Source: an uncultured Planctomycetia bacterium (lineage in GTDB: Bacteria > Omnitrophota > Gorgyraeia > Duberdicusellales > Duberdicusellaceae). From it: a stretch of 64,000 nt of DNA. The stretch's first letter is position 1; each line of letters opens with the position of its first letter. The stretch is taken from positions 160,949 to 224,948 of the forward strand of contig CAZWJT010000001.1 of NCBI GenBank assembly GCA_964634935.1, written 5' to 3'. The notes below the pieces were generated by a model that was not told where the DNA came from, did not search any database, and saw only the letters and a list, made by a program, of their open reading frames with translations. The position numbers and the translations under genes are program-made. Of the stretch, positions 41,986 to 51,887 are shown one piece after another.

Positions 41986-42965
41986 TAGGCTAATGCAATT
42001 CCAGCAGCCAGAACTAATTCTAAATAGTGCTGCTCAAGAAAATCGGCATTCTTGGTCTTCTCAAAACTGGCAAAAGGATTCCAGGAATCACAAGCAATTC
42101 CTGTCGCATCGCTTAAAAACTTCGCAATCCCATTGAGACGAGCAGTTCCGCCGCAAATATAGATATTTTCAACGGCCTCTAAACCATAAAACTTTTTTGT
42201 GTATTCTATGGAAAGCTGAATTTCGTTGATGAGCGCGTAGAGGTCAGAAAATATCTCGATCCGTTCTGCCGGAAGCAAACACTTCTCTTCTTCCGCTTTT
42301 TCCAGCGTTACCCCAGCTTTATCAGCAATGATTCTGGTTAATGCCTCCCCGCCTACTTCAATATCCCGGGAAAAAACAGGTATCCCTTTCTTAACAATCG
42401 CCAGGTTTGTCCTTTTATTTCCAATATTGAGCAAAATATAGGAAAGTTCCTTATTATTATAAGAACTGTTCAGAAAAATCGTTGAGAGCGCCAAAGAATC
42501 AGTAGTGATTGTATCGGGTATCAGATGTAATTCTTCAATAATCTTGAGCCGCTCTTTGACAACTTCTTTCCGCGCCGCTACCACAAGCACATTCATCTTC
42601 TTGGCATCGGCGGTTTTACCAAGAATATCGATATCGACTATTGAATCGTCCATTGGAAAAGGAATATATTTATCGAATTCAAACTTCAGTGATTTAATGA
42701 TATTCTGCTTGGGAAGCACCGGGAAAAGAAGGTATCGGGCAATAACGTTCTTTCCTGCCACCGAAACATTCAGCTGGTTGTGGGATATCGCGAGATTACT
42801 CAAAAGCAAACGTATCTTGTCTAAAAGCACATTCGTAGGCGCCCCGATCGGGAGTTTCTCCATGGCCGCAGAAAGAATTTTGACACCCTTGGAAGTTTGT
42901 ATGAGTTCGATGCCCTTAACTGCAGCGGTTCCGATATCGATGCCGATATGGCTCTTTACTCTCAT
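41985..42965 (-). CDS. pilM: Type IV pilus assembly protein PilM
   Basis: GIDIGTAAVKGIEL N-terminus with an actin-like/FtsA-like fold; 326 aa. Confidence 0.8.
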   Translation of the reverse strand: MRVKSHIGIDIGTAAVKGIELIQTSKGVKILSAAMEKLPIGAPTNVLLDKIRLLLSNLAISHNQLNVSVAGKNVIARYLLFPVLPKQNIIKSLKFEFDKYIPFPMDDSIVDIDILGKTADAKKMNVLVVAARKEVVKERLKIIEELHLIPDTITTDSLALSTIFLNSSYNNKELSYILLNIGNKRTNLAIVKKGIPVFSRDIEVGGEALTRIIADKAGVTLEKAEEEKCLLPAERIEIFSDLYALINEIQLSIEYTKKFYGLEAVENIYICGGTARLNGIAKFLSDATGIACDSWNPFASFEKTKNADFLEQHYLELVLAAGIALA

Positions 42966-43369
42966 GGACGAATTTTGTTATATTCCGAAAGATACTCTTC
43001 GGCTTTCTGGTTATTATTAAGATACTTCATATAAAGAATGCTCAAATTATAGAGCGCGTCTGCCTTTAAGTTTCCGTTCAAAGAAACCACCTTGGTAAAC
43101 TCTCCAGCCGCCTCTTCAAAATAATTGATCTTTGTGAAAACAACCGCTAAGTTATAACGGATTTTTTCGTTCTTGTCATCGAGGGCCAAAATCTTTTTGT
43201 ACTCGTCAATCGCTTTCTGATAATTTCCCTCCTGAGTAAAATAGTAGGCGAATAGCTCATGGAGCTTGATTTCGTTCTCCGGTTTCATTTTTGTCTCTCC
43301 AGACAAAAAACTAACCTGCCCCAAGGTAAAGGTCAAAAACAAACACACACTGATAATTTTCTTATTCAT
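42962..43369 (-). CDS. TPR-repeat lipoprotein/periplasmic protein (PilF/PilW-like pilotin candidate)
   Basis: Signal peptide followed by three TPR-like repeats (YQKAIDEYKKILALD..., YNLAVVF...). The start was refined to MNKKII... at 43369. Confidence 0.55.
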   Translation of the reverse strand: MNKKIISVCLFLTFTLGQVSFLSGETKMKPENEIKLHELFAYYFTQEGNYQKAIDEYKKILALDDKNEKIRYNLAVVFTKINYFEEAAGEFTKVVSLNGNLKADALYNLSILYMKYLNNNQKAEEYLSEYNKIRP

Positions 43370-44867
43370 TGGGTTTCCTGATTGGAAGAATGTCTTTGTT
43401 TTTAAGCTCCCCGATATTTGCCTGAGCCTGCAGGAAAGACACATTTTCAGCATAGGTCATGTTATCTTTGGGAATAGACGGAGTAATAAAAATTACAAGC
43501 TCGCGGTTTTCATCACTGTCAAGAGTTTTGGAAAAAAGTTTTCCCAAAATAGGAATATCTCCGATGAAAGGAACTTTGTAAATTGTCTTTTTCTTCTCGC
43601 GGTTACGCAAACCGCCAATCACTATAGTTTCCCCGTCTTTAATAAGCATCGTATTCTGTGATTTCCGCGTACCGATTGCCGGCTGGTTATCAGAAGTAAA
43701 ATAATTCACAAAACTCTGTTCCGTGGCAACATCGATCACAATGAAGCCATCCGGAGTAATATGCGGCTTCACGCTCATTTTAATCCCCACGTCTTTAAAC
43801 TGCGTGGATGTCACTGTTCCTTGGTCTGAAGTTGTCTCGGAAGTATATGGAACCTGGTCAGTAATATCGATTTGCGCTGACATATTGTCAAGCGTGAGTA
43901 CCCGCGGATTTGCCAAAATATCAGTTGAAGTATCTTTTTTCAAAGCTTCAATAAGCGCTGAAACATACGCTCTACCCCAGAGCAGCTTTCCATATTGTAA
44001 GGCGATATTCTGACCATCAAGAGCTGAAGTTTGACTGGCAAGAAACGCGGAACTTGCCTTCTTGTAGGTGCCGTTTTCTTGCGGCTCGTTATGAATCAGA
44101 CCGCGCTTGATATCAAACCAATCCCAATCAACGCCCAGATCAAACTGATTGGTAGCTTTCTTATCAACCATAAGCAGCTCGATGAGAACCTGGGGCGTTT
44201 TCCGGTCAAGGCGTTTTACAATTTCCTCCGCCTGCTGGATATTATCCGGCGTATCAGTAATAATCAAACTATTCGTCCGTTTATCGGCTTCGATATTTCC
44301 GCGTTTACTCATGACCGGTTTGAGATAACTCTTGGCATCGTCAGTATTCACGAAATTGATAGTGATTATTTTCGTCACCAAAGGAATCTTCTCGGCTTCC
44401 TTATCGATTTGAGCATAACTTACAATAATAATAAAATTATCTTTCTCAATATAGGTTAAATTATATGTTTTCGAGATGAGATCGAGCGCCGTCTTCCAAT
44501 TAACCCCTTCAATGTTCAGCGTTACACTTGCCTTGACATCTTCGGCCACGATCATATTAATTCCGGAAACCTTGGAAAGCACCCGGGCTACCTCCCGAAT
44601 ATCCGTATCGCGAAAATCGATATAGATAGCATCCGCGTCTTTTTGCTCCTGCTTTTCTCCCGCAGAAGAAACCCCGCTTTCTTCGGTCTCAATTTCTCGA
44701 CCCGTGGTTCCGGAATCTCCTGCAATATCATCAGCTTGTTCGTTGTCGGCGTTCAACGCTACCTGATCCGGAAGTGCTGGAAGAGAAGGAGGAATAACGT
44801 CTTCTTGTGAAAAAACACTAAGGGGAAGAAGCAGCAGGAAAAAAAAGACAAATATTTTAGTATTCAT
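43362..44867 (-). CDS. Secretin (type IV pilus / type II secretion family)
   Basis: Signal peptide, N-domains (LIITDTPDNIQQAEEIVKRLD), and the secretin C-domain (...KVPFIGDIPILGKLF...). Confidence 0.8.
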   Translation of the reverse strand: MNTKIFVFFFLLLLPLSVFSQEDVIPPSLPALPDQVALNADNEQADDIAGDSGTTGREIETEESGVSSAGEKQEQKDADAIYIDFRDTDIREVARVLSKVSGINMIVAEDVKASVTLNIEGVNWKTALDLISKTYNLTYIEKDNFIIIVSYAQIDKEAEKIPLVTKIITINFVNTDDAKSYLKPVMSKRGNIEADKRTNSLIITDTPDNIQQAEEIVKRLDRKTPQVLIELLMVDKKATNQFDLGVDWDWFDIKRGLIHNEPQENGTYKKASSAFLASQTSALDGQNIALQYGKLLWGRAYVSALIEALKKDTSTDILANPRVLTLDNMSAQIDITDQVPYTSETTSDQGTVTSTQFKDVGIKMSVKPHITPDGFIVIDVATEQSFVNYFTSDNQPAIGTRKSQNTMLIKDGETIVIGGLRNREKKKTIYKVPFIGDIPILGKLFSKTLDSDENRELVIFITPSIPKDNMTYAENVSFLQAQANIGELKNKDILPIRKPNE

Positions 44868-44876
44868 TCTTACTCC

Positions 44877-45236
44877 TTAGATTGGGTTCCGTTTTAAAAA
44901 AAACTTCAACTTTTTCTGATTGTAGATCACAACAAGGTATTCTTTGGAAATTTCGTCAATGGTCAACCCACGCCATTCGTCTTTTTCTTTGACGATATCG
45001 TTATTGATTACGATGAACTTTTTGCCTTGCTTCATTACAATTCCGCGTATCTCCACCGGAAAAGGAAGTTTCTTAAGTAAATCTTCTTCCTGTAATTCTG
45101 CGCTCATTTCTTTCAAAGAAAGAGAGAACGGATCTCGCAAACCAATATACTGATTATCCTCCGCAAAAGATTCACCCTGCGGAATACCGGATAGAAGAAT
45201 AGTACAAAGTAGTATCGCAAAAACAACCTTTTTCAT
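44877..45236 (-). CDS. PilP-like pilus assembly protein
   Basis: Signal peptide and RDPF motif in a small beta domain; it sits upstream of the secretin gene. Confidence 0.5.
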   Translation of the reverse strand: MKKVVFAILLCTILLSGIPQGESFAEDNQYIGLRDPFSLSLKEMSAELQEEDLLKKLPFPVEIRGIVMKQGKKFIVINNDIVKEKDEWRGLTIDEISKEYLVVIYNQKKLKFFLKRNPI

Positions 45237-45880
45237 TGACTCCCCGCTAATTGGTAAACGCTCATTACCAGTGACTCCTCATGCCGCGAGGGATTTTTCT
45301 CATTACCTCGGATGGTCAGAGATTTAATCCCGAGAGTTTTCTCGAGCTGTTCGATCTCACGGAGAAAACCGAGAAAATCAGTATATCCCGATTCAAGTTT
45401 TATCTCTATGGGCATCTCAACGAGACTAATCGAATTAGCCGCTGCGTTACCCTTTGCCCTAGACTGAGAAGCCTGGTTGCTGAGCGATAACGTGGTGAGT
45501 GAAGAGGCAAGGGGTTTTATATAGGTAAACTCTAGGCGCCTCCTCTTGGCCGTAATAACAAATTTGTCAAGAAGCATTGAAATCTCCTTCTTCTCAGCCA
45601 AGGATTTTTCAATAGTTAAAATTTCTTGTTTTTCCTTCTCTAGCTCAGATAACTTTTTATTCTTTTCCCTGCGTACTTCTTCAATTTTCTCCTGGCTCAA
45701 TGCACTTTCTTCGGTAATTTTATTGTTGATATCACCTAAACGCGCAAACTGGGGAAGTATAAGAAACAAAAATGATAAGAGTAAAATTAAAACAGTCGCC
45801 ACGCCCACGCCAACATGGGTAAGAAGATACGGATCAATGTCGCTTAAATCCGGCTTTGCTTTATAGAGATCAATCGCCAT
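45233..45880 (-). CDS. PilO-like pilus assembly protein
   Basis: TM segment plus coiled-coil, with a PilO-like C-terminal domain; 215 aa. Confidence 0.55.
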   Translation of the reverse strand: MAIDLYKAKPDLSDIDPYLLTHVGVGVATVLILLLSFLFLILPQFARLGDINNKITEESALSQEKIEEVRREKNKKLSELEKEKQEILTIEKSLAEKKEISMLLDKFVITAKRRRLEFTYIKPLASSLTTLSLSNQASQSRAKGNAAANSISLVEMPIEIKLESGYTDFLGFLREIEQLEKTLGIKSLTIRGNEKNPSRHEESLVMSVYQLAGSQ

Positions 45881-46476
45881 TACTTTTTTCCTCCTCGCAG
45901 TGGCAACTCCAAGTTAAACCGGACAATTTGACTCTTTTGGTAATTGCCGATCTGCATGTCAACAAGTTTTACCCCTTCAAAATCCCGGATGAACTCCTCG
46001 CGGGTACTTAAGGATTTAATGAAATTATTCAGCACCGAGATCGGGCCACCGGAACCTTCCAAAGTAAACAAATTCCCCCGTAATCGTAAAATACCCTTCT
46101 GGTCGTTTAAGTTTGTTTCGATCCTCATTTCTTCCATCCAAACCTCTTCGGGTATAATCTTGGCAAACTGAAAGAGTTTTTCTGACCAGAAAAATTTCCG
46201 CTCCAGGAAACCACTCAAAACGGTTTTTTTCTCCTGTAAGAAAACAACGTCTTTCTCGGCTTGGCGTATCGCACCCTGCAAATCGCTGTATTCCTTGTGT
46301 GCCGTCGTCAATTTATCAAGGATCATTTGCCGGGTAGAAACAACACCGACCAAAATAACATTAATCACGACAATAACCGCAACACTTACGAGCACGCCGG
46401 CAACAAAACGCTTAACAAGTTCTTTCTTGTCAATATACTTTAAATATTCTGCCCGAGGTAAAAGATTGATCTTCAT
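45880..46476 (-). CDS. PilN-like pilus assembly protein
   Basis: MKINLLPRAEY N-terminus (the INLLP motif) and a single TM; 198 aa. Confidence 0.6.
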   Translation of the reverse strand: MKINLLPRAEYLKYIDKKELVKRFVAGVLVSVAVIVVINVILVGVVSTRQMILDKLTTAHKEYSDLQGAIRQAEKDVVFLQEKKTVLSGFLERKFFWSEKLFQFAKIIPEEVWMEEMRIETNLNDQKGILRLRGNLFTLEGSGGPISVLNNFIKSLSTREEFIRDFEGVKLVDMQIGNYQKSQIVRFNLELPLRGGKK

Positions 46477-46700
46477 CGCCTCTGTCCTCCAAATTCGGCT
46501 GAAAGCTGCCCGGGAGCAATCATTTTATCTTTATATTGGATGATTCGGCTGACATCCTGAGAGGTAAAAACTCGGTGGCCGTTGCGGTCACGTGCAACCT
46601 CGGGAATTTTTCCCTTCTTTAACCATAGAAAAAGAGTGTTGCGTGAAATCCCCACCTTCTTAAGCACGTCTTTCGTCGTATACATTTTCCTCAGTGTCAT
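46473..46700 (-). CDS. Small HTH DNA-binding protein (excisionase/MerR-like HTH_17 type), leader gene of the second pil cluster
   Basis: YTTKDVLKKVGISRNTLFLWLKKGKIPEVARDRNGHRVFTSQDV is an HTH signature. Its stop overlaps the pilN start. The start was taken at MTLRK (46700). Confidence 0.55.
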   Translation of the reverse strand: MTLRKMYTTKDVLKKVGISRNTLFLWLKKGKIPEVARDRNGHRVFTSQDVSRIIQYKDKMIAPGQLSAEFGGQRR

Positions 46701-46838
46701 CGTATTGTCATACTCTGGTATACCATATATAATCAAGTACAGCATAATTCTATCGGGTTAGCATTAACCTGTCAACATATTTTTTAAAAGAAATAATCTT
46801 GGCAAAAATATCTTGCCCTTGGCAAAAAAAATTATAGA

Positions 46839-49544
46839 ATGAGTTGTAATTATCACACAATGATGAGCAAGAAACAAAAAAACACCCGATCAGAATTTTG
46901 GCACATCGAGAACGAGAAAGCATATTCTTTTACGATATCGAATCCTCAGCGAAATCACCCCTTGTACTTCCCCTTAACAAATACACAAGGAAAAATATTC
47001 TCATCCCTATCCCCTTTTCTTACTGGCGACATCAAAATATCGCAACACCATTTTCTTACCCCTCCGGCATCGGTAGAAGATTTAAAAAATCCTCTCTGTA
47101 TGCGCAATCTCTGGCTCTACTTTACTCCGTCTGAAAGCATCAGCATATCCCCTCTTGTCCCGACAGATAATATGATAACCCTGTCCGCCGGACCATTGTG
47201 GCATACGATAACACGGGTGATTCAGGAAAAAAATCTTGAGGTAACAGTTACGAACTTTGTTCCCGAAAATGAAACTGCGGAAATCATGCTCTTTTCGCTT
47301 ACGAACCAGGGATCAAAAACTCAGACTTTTACCCCCACCATAGCCTTTCCCCTCTTCTGCCGCTCTGCAGATAATCTTCGCGATCACCGGCACGTTACTT
47401 CGTTGCTGCAGAGGATAAAACTTACCCGGTACGGCATCATAGTAACCCCGACGATGTCTTTTGACGAACGAGGCCATAAAAAAAATAATCATTCTTATTT
47501 TGTCTTGAGCCATACCCATTCTGGTCTGCCAACGGGATTTTTTCCCACCCTGGAACAGTTTACGGGAACTGGGACTATCTTCTTTCCTGACGCGGTCTAT
47601 AAAAATTTGCCTCCCTGCGCTTCGGAGCGCACCACGATTCAAGGTAAAGAGCCGTTTGCGGGTATACGATTTAAGGAAAAAAAATTGAAGCCGAAAGAAA
47701 CAATTACATTCTACACCGTTGCAGGCGTTACAGAACAAAATCCAGAAGTCATCTTTTCCCGATATGCTTCCGCAAAAAAAATATCTGTAGCGTTCGAAAA
47801 CTCAAAGCGCGCATGGAAAGAATACCTGGGAAAAATAGTAGTTACAACTGCAAATCCTCGTTTTAACCTTTGGTTTAACTGGGTTCAATTACAGCCGTAT
47901 TTGCGCAAATTGTTCGGTTGTTCTTTTCTCCCCCACTTTGATTACGGAAAAGGTGGGCGCGGCTGGAGAGACCTCTGGCAAGACGCTCTTGCGCTGCTCT
48001 TACGAGAACCCAAAATGGTAAAGCCTCTTATTGCCAATAGTTTCCGGGGTGTGCGCATCGATGGGAGCAATGCAACGGTCATCACAAGACAGGACGATTT
48101 CATCGCAGACAGAAATAACATTTCCCGCGTCTGGTCGGATCATGGAGTCTGGCCTTACCTTACCATTCGCTTGTATCTAGACCAAACGGGAGACTTCAAT
48201 ATCCTTCTCGATGAAACTACTTACTTCAGAGATCATCTGCTTAAGCGAAGCCGCGAAGTAGATCCAGACAGGAACAACAGCTTGACTCTCAAAACCCAAA
48301 AAGAAACCCCGTACCAAGGCACCATCCTCGAACACATCCTCATCCAAACACTCGTCCAATTTTATAACGTAGGAATCCATAACAGTACCCGCCTTGAGAA
48401 TGCAGACTGGAACGATGGATTAGATATGGCATCAGAACATGGAGAAACAGTCGCTTTTAGCTCAATGTATGCGCATAATCTAGGGGATATTGCCAAGCTG
48501 CTTACGGTGCTATGCGAAAAATCAAAAATACGTACCGTATATCTCCTGGAAGAGCTTCTTCTCCTGCTGGACACCTTGCAGAAACCGCTGAACTATGATT
48601 CATATCAAGAAAAAACTCTCCGTCTTGAGGAATATTTCGAAGCGACAAAAAGATGTGTAAGCGGAAACAAGATTGCTTTTCCAATCGAAAAGCTAGTCTC
48701 AGATCTACAGAAAAAATCTCTCTGGTTTACCCAGCATCTACGAACGCAGGAATGGCTTCCCCAGGAAGGCATATTCAACGGATACTATGACAACCAGACC
48801 CAGCGCGTTGAGGGAAAGAAAAAAGGAAAAATTCAGATGTCGTTAACCGGACAAGTATTTCCTGTGCTGGGGAAAATAGCCACCACTGATCAAATACGAA
48901 AAATCTTAGAACAAGCACGCAAGGTACTTCAAGAACCAACCGGATTATACCGCCTAAACACAAATTTCAAGAATGCCCCACCTGTTCTTGGAAGGGCTTT
49001 TGGATTTTCTTATGGTGATAAAGAAAACGGGTCGGTTTTTTCTCATATGAACATCATGTTTGCCTATGGATTATACCGCGCTGGGTTCGCAAAAGAAGCA
49101 AACCAAATTCTTCTGGGTCTCTTTGAAACTTCCCTCAAGGCAACGATGTACCCGCAGCTTCCTGAATACTTCAACCTCCAGGGACAAGGGCTTTATTTCT
49201 ACCTTACTGGATCAGCAAGTTGGTATGTATATACGCTTATCACTGAGGTATTCGGTATACGGGGGGACTTCGGGAATCTCGTGCTCGCCCCAAAGCTCTC
49301 CAAGGAATATTTTAAAATGCAGAAAGATCTTACCATCGCACTTCCATTTCAAAATAAACCTTTCCGGATTACCTACTATAACCCGGAACGTAAATCTTGG
49401 CCGGATTACAAAATCGTGTCTGCTCTGCTGAATGGAGAATCGCTTCTGGTAGGACCACAAGAACAATCGCTAGTTCTTGGAAAGAAAATTCTCGAGGAAT
49501 TACCGGAAAAAAGAATAAACTCTCTCAATCTTACCCTTAGGTAG
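46839..49544 (+). CDS. GH94-family glycoside phosphorylase-like protein (cellobiose/cellodextrin/chitobiose phosphorylase family)
   Basis: The N-terminal beta-sandwich start resembles cellobiose phosphorylase (FWHIENEKAYSFTISNPQRNHPLYFPL...). A SDHGVWPYLTIRLYLDQTGD segment and an ENADWNDGLDM (DWND catalytic-region) motif are present. 901 aa, no signal peptide. Confidence 0.55.
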   Translation: MSCNYHTMMSKKQKNTRSEFWHIENEKAYSFTISNPQRNHPLYFPLTNTQGKIFSSLSPFLTGDIKISQHHFLTPPASVEDLKNPLCMRNLWLYFTPSESISISPLVPTDNMITLSAGPLWHTITRVIQEKNLEVTVTNFVPENETAEIMLFSLTNQGSKTQTFTPTIAFPLFCRSADNLRDHRHVTSLLQRIKLTRYGIIVTPTMSFDERGHKKNNHSYFVLSHTHSGLPTGFFPTLEQFTGTGTIFFPDAVYKNLPPCASERTTIQGKEPFAGIRFKEKKLKPKETITFYTVAGVTEQNPEVIFSRYASAKKISVAFENSKRAWKEYLGKIVVTTANPRFNLWFNWVQLQPYLRKLFGCSFLPHFDYGKGGRGWRDLWQDALALLLREPKMVKPLIANSFRGVRIDGSNATVITRQDDFIADRNNISRVWSDHGVWPYLTIRLYLDQTGDFNILLDETTYFRDHLLKRSREVDPDRNNSLTLKTQKETPYQGTILEHILIQTLVQFYNVGIHNSTRLENADWNDGLDMASEHGETVAFSSMYAHNLGDIAKLLTVLCEKSKIRTVYLLEELLLLLDTLQKPLNYDSYQEKTLRLEEYFEATKRCVSGNKIAFPIEKLVSDLQKKSLWFTQHLRTQEWLPQEGIFNGYYDNQTQRVEGKKKGKIQMSLTGQVFPVLGKIATTDQIRKILEQARKVLQEPTGLYRLNTNFKNAPPVLGRAFGFSYGDKENGSVFSHMNIMFAYGLYRAGFAKEANQILLGLFETSLKATMYPQLPEYFNLQGQGLYFYLTGSASWYVYTLITEVFGIRGDFGNLVLAPKLSKEYFKMQKDLTIALPFQNKPFRITYYNPERKSWPDYKIVSALLNGESLLVGPQEQSLVLGKKILEELPEKRINSLNLTLR

Positions 49545-49917
49545 CCTTTCCGATAACTTCTTCCAACGCACCACGGAGAGTACTTTCTGTTTCTTTTCCG
49601 ATACGAAGCTTTAAAATAATCTTTTTGATCCCCAGATCATCGGAAGCTCGAAAAATCTTACTTCCGGGGAAAGCGGTGAACATAAGCGCTGGCGCTGTAA
49701 CGTTATTTTTACGCAGTTCTTTCAGAAGAGCAATGCCGTCCATATCCGGAAGCTTAAAATCTATGACCAGAATATCTGCCTTTTTCGTCTTCCAGTAATC
49801 AATCGCCTCTTGTGCTGTATAGACAACATCGCACTCATACTGCCAGGAATTAACTGCCTTGCTGGTAATAAAAGAAAAATCCCTGTCGTCATCTACAAGT
49901 AAAACTTTTTTTGCCAT
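49537..49917 (-). CDS. Single-domain response regulator (CheY-like receiver)
   Basis: DDD acidic pocket, phospho-acceptor Asp in ILVIDFKLPDMDG, the T (MFTA) and K residues. No output domain. Confidence 0.8.
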   Translation of the reverse strand: MAKKVLLVDDDRDFSFITSKAVNSWQYECDVVYTAQEAIDYWKTKKADILVIDFKLPDMDGIALLKELRKNNVTAPALMFTAFPGSKIFRASDDLGIKKIILKLRIGKETESTLRGALEEVIGKAT

Positions 49918-49925
49918 ACGCCACC

Positions 49926-50294
49926 TTATTGTTTTTTAAAGCGTCTGAGAATTGCAAGCACACTCTCGGAAACAAACCCTATTTCTTTTCCCTTATGCAC
50001 AAACCCGGAGGCTTTCAGCTTCTCAGCCTCAGCCATTAGCCCTTCGTCGCCAAATGCAGTCAGAAAGACAACAGCAAGTTTGTCATCCTTTTGGCGTATC
50101 CTTTTTAATACTTCAATCCCGTCCATTTCTGGCATTTTAATATCTAAAAAAACCAAATCAATCTGCTCTTGAGCAAGAATTTGCAGAGCATCCTGACCCC
50201 GGAGTGCATGGATCACTTCATGCCCTTCCTTCTGGATTAAAAACCCCAAAAGATCCAAGATATCCTTTGAATCATCAACAAGCAAAACTTTCAT
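49926..50294 (-). CDS. Single-domain response regulator (CheY-like receiver)
   Basis: VLLVDDS, LVFLDIKMPEMDG, FLTA; 122 aa. Confidence 0.8.
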   Translation of the reverse strand: MKVLLVDDSKDILDLLGFLIQKEGHEVIHALRGQDALQILAQEQIDLVFLDIKMPEMDGIEVLKRIRQKDDKLAVVFLTAFGDEGLMAEAEKLKASGFVHKGKEIGFVSESVLAILRRFKKQ

Positions 50295-50303
50295 CCGATA
50301 CTC

Positions 50304-50684
50304 CTATGAATAATATTTCTTGAGAAGCGTTTCTATCTTAGCCAAAAGCTCTTCTGGCTTAAAAGGCTTAAGCACACAATCATCGGCCATGGTCGTGTGT
50401 AATGATTCCAGAACATTCGCGCTTGCGGTAAACATAATGATCGGCACATGAAGACCGTATTCTTTTTTAATCTTCAAGGCAAGCTCTTTCCCGTTTCCCC
50501 GGGGAAGACGATAGTCAAGAAGGAGCAAATCTGGCTTTTCCTCTTTAACCTTCTGAAGAGTCTCTTCACCGTCGCGGGCCTCAACTACATCGTAACCGGC
50601 AAACTGCAGACGGAATTTTACAAGCACGAGGATATCTTCTTCGTCATCGCTGACGAGAATTTTATATTTTTTCTTTTCTTCCAT
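50304..50684 (-). CDS. Single-domain response regulator (CheY-like receiver)
   Basis: ILVSDDEED, LLLLDYRLPRGNG, MFTA, LKPF; 126 aa. Confidence 0.8.
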   Translation of the reverse strand: MEEKKKYKILVSDDEEDILVLVKFRLQFAGYDVVEARDGEETLQKVKEEKPDLLLLDYRLPRGNGKELALKIKKEYGLHVPIIMFTASANVLESLHTTMADDCVLKPFKPEELLAKIETLLKKYYS

Positions 50685-50698
50685 AGGCAGATTATACT

Positions 50699-51793
50699 CT
50701 AAGAAACATGGAATTCAACAAAAAACTTACTTCCTTTGCCGTGTGTTGATTCAAGCCAAATCTTTCCCTGATGGAGTTCAACGATGCTCTGACAAACTGC
50801 CAGGCCAAGGCCTGTACCACCGGGCCGCCGGGGAACCCCTTCAACCACCTGGAAGAACTTCTCAAAGATTTTATCCTTATATTCATCCTTAATCCCAATC
50901 CCGGTGTCTTCGACACAGATGACAGCGGATTGATTCTTTTTCTGAATCGAGACTTTTACCGAACCACCATCCCGGTTATACCGTATCGCGTTGCTCATCA
51001 GATTAATAAAAAGCTGTTGGATCCTATCCTTGTCACAATACAAATTCATCTGTTCCTCAGGCAATTCCGCAGTGAGATTAATATTCCAATTCTTCGCTTC
51101 CATGGCCATAACCGAAACACATTCCCGGATAACACTCACTAAATCGTTGTTGTGCATGTCAGTCTTAAAATGGAATCGGGTGCCGTCCATCTTTTCTATG
51201 TCTAAAAGGTCATTGATAAGCCGAGAAAGCCGGTCGAGATTATTCCTCACGATTCCCAAGAATTTTTTCTGATCTTCGGTAAGCGGGCCGGCTAACCCAG
51301 CGACAACAAGCCGCACTCCCTCCTGCATTGCCGCCAGAGGCGTACGCAGTTCGTGCGAAATGGTGGAAGTAAAATCAGATTTCAGCTGGCTTATGCGCTG
51401 CAGTTCTTTATTTTTCTCAATCATCAAGGCCTCGAACTCTTTCTTCTCGGAAAGATCATAAAAAACATGTATTACTGTTTCTAAAGTCTCACCCTGAGCA
51501 AATACGGGAATTAAGTCTACAAGAAAAACTTTTCCGGTGATACCGTTTCCGGAAAGTTCAAAACGAACTGGTTTTTTTTGTTGCAGAAGCTCATCATACC
51601 GGCAGCGATAAAAATCGGGGTTTTCCTTACAGAATATTTTACGGCAATCCTGCCCCACAATTTCTTCTCTCTTCAATCCCACAATCGCAAGGCCGGACTG
51701 GTTTATGTCGAGGATACGGCATTCCACATCAGTCACAAGGACGATGTTTGGAATGTGATTGATAACCTCTCTCCAGAAAGAATCTGGTTGCAT
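50699..51793 (-). CDS. Cytoplasmic PAS-domain sensor histidine kinase
   Basis: N-terminal PAS domain, H-box SHELRTPL, N/G1/G2 boxes (...GGTGLGLAVC...), and no TM segments; 364 aa. Confidence 0.85.
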   Translation of the reverse strand: MQPDSFWREVINHIPNIVLVTDVECRILDINQSGLAIVGLKREEIVGQDCRKIFCKENPDFYRCRYDELLQQKKPVRFELSGNGITGKVFLVDLIPVFAQGETLETVIHVFYDLSEKKEFEALMIEKNKELQRISQLKSDFTSTISHELRTPLAAMQEGVRLVVAGLAGPLTEDQKKFLGIVRNNLDRLSRLINDLLDIEKMDGTRFHFKTDMHNNDLVSVIRECVSVMAMEAKNWNINLTAELPEEQMNLYCDKDRIQQLFINLMSNAIRYNRDGGSVKVSIQKKNQSAVICVEDTGIGIKDEYKDKIFEKFFQVVEGVPRRPGGTGLGLAVCQSIVELHQGKIWLESTHGKGSKFFVEFHVS

Positions 51794-51887
51794 ATTTCAA
51801 TAATTAGAAAATATTTGATTATCTTTGCTTGAAAAAATAATTAATTTCATTATAATGAATAAATAAGAATATTCAAGAAAAACTAAT

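Noticed and set aside
46790-46835. Possible sigma54 (-24/-12) promoter, TGGCA...TTGC, upstream of the GH94-like gene
   Set aside because: The GG-to-GC spacing is 12 nt rather than the required 10, and no enhancer-binding protein gene is nearby. Kept only as a direct-repeat observation.
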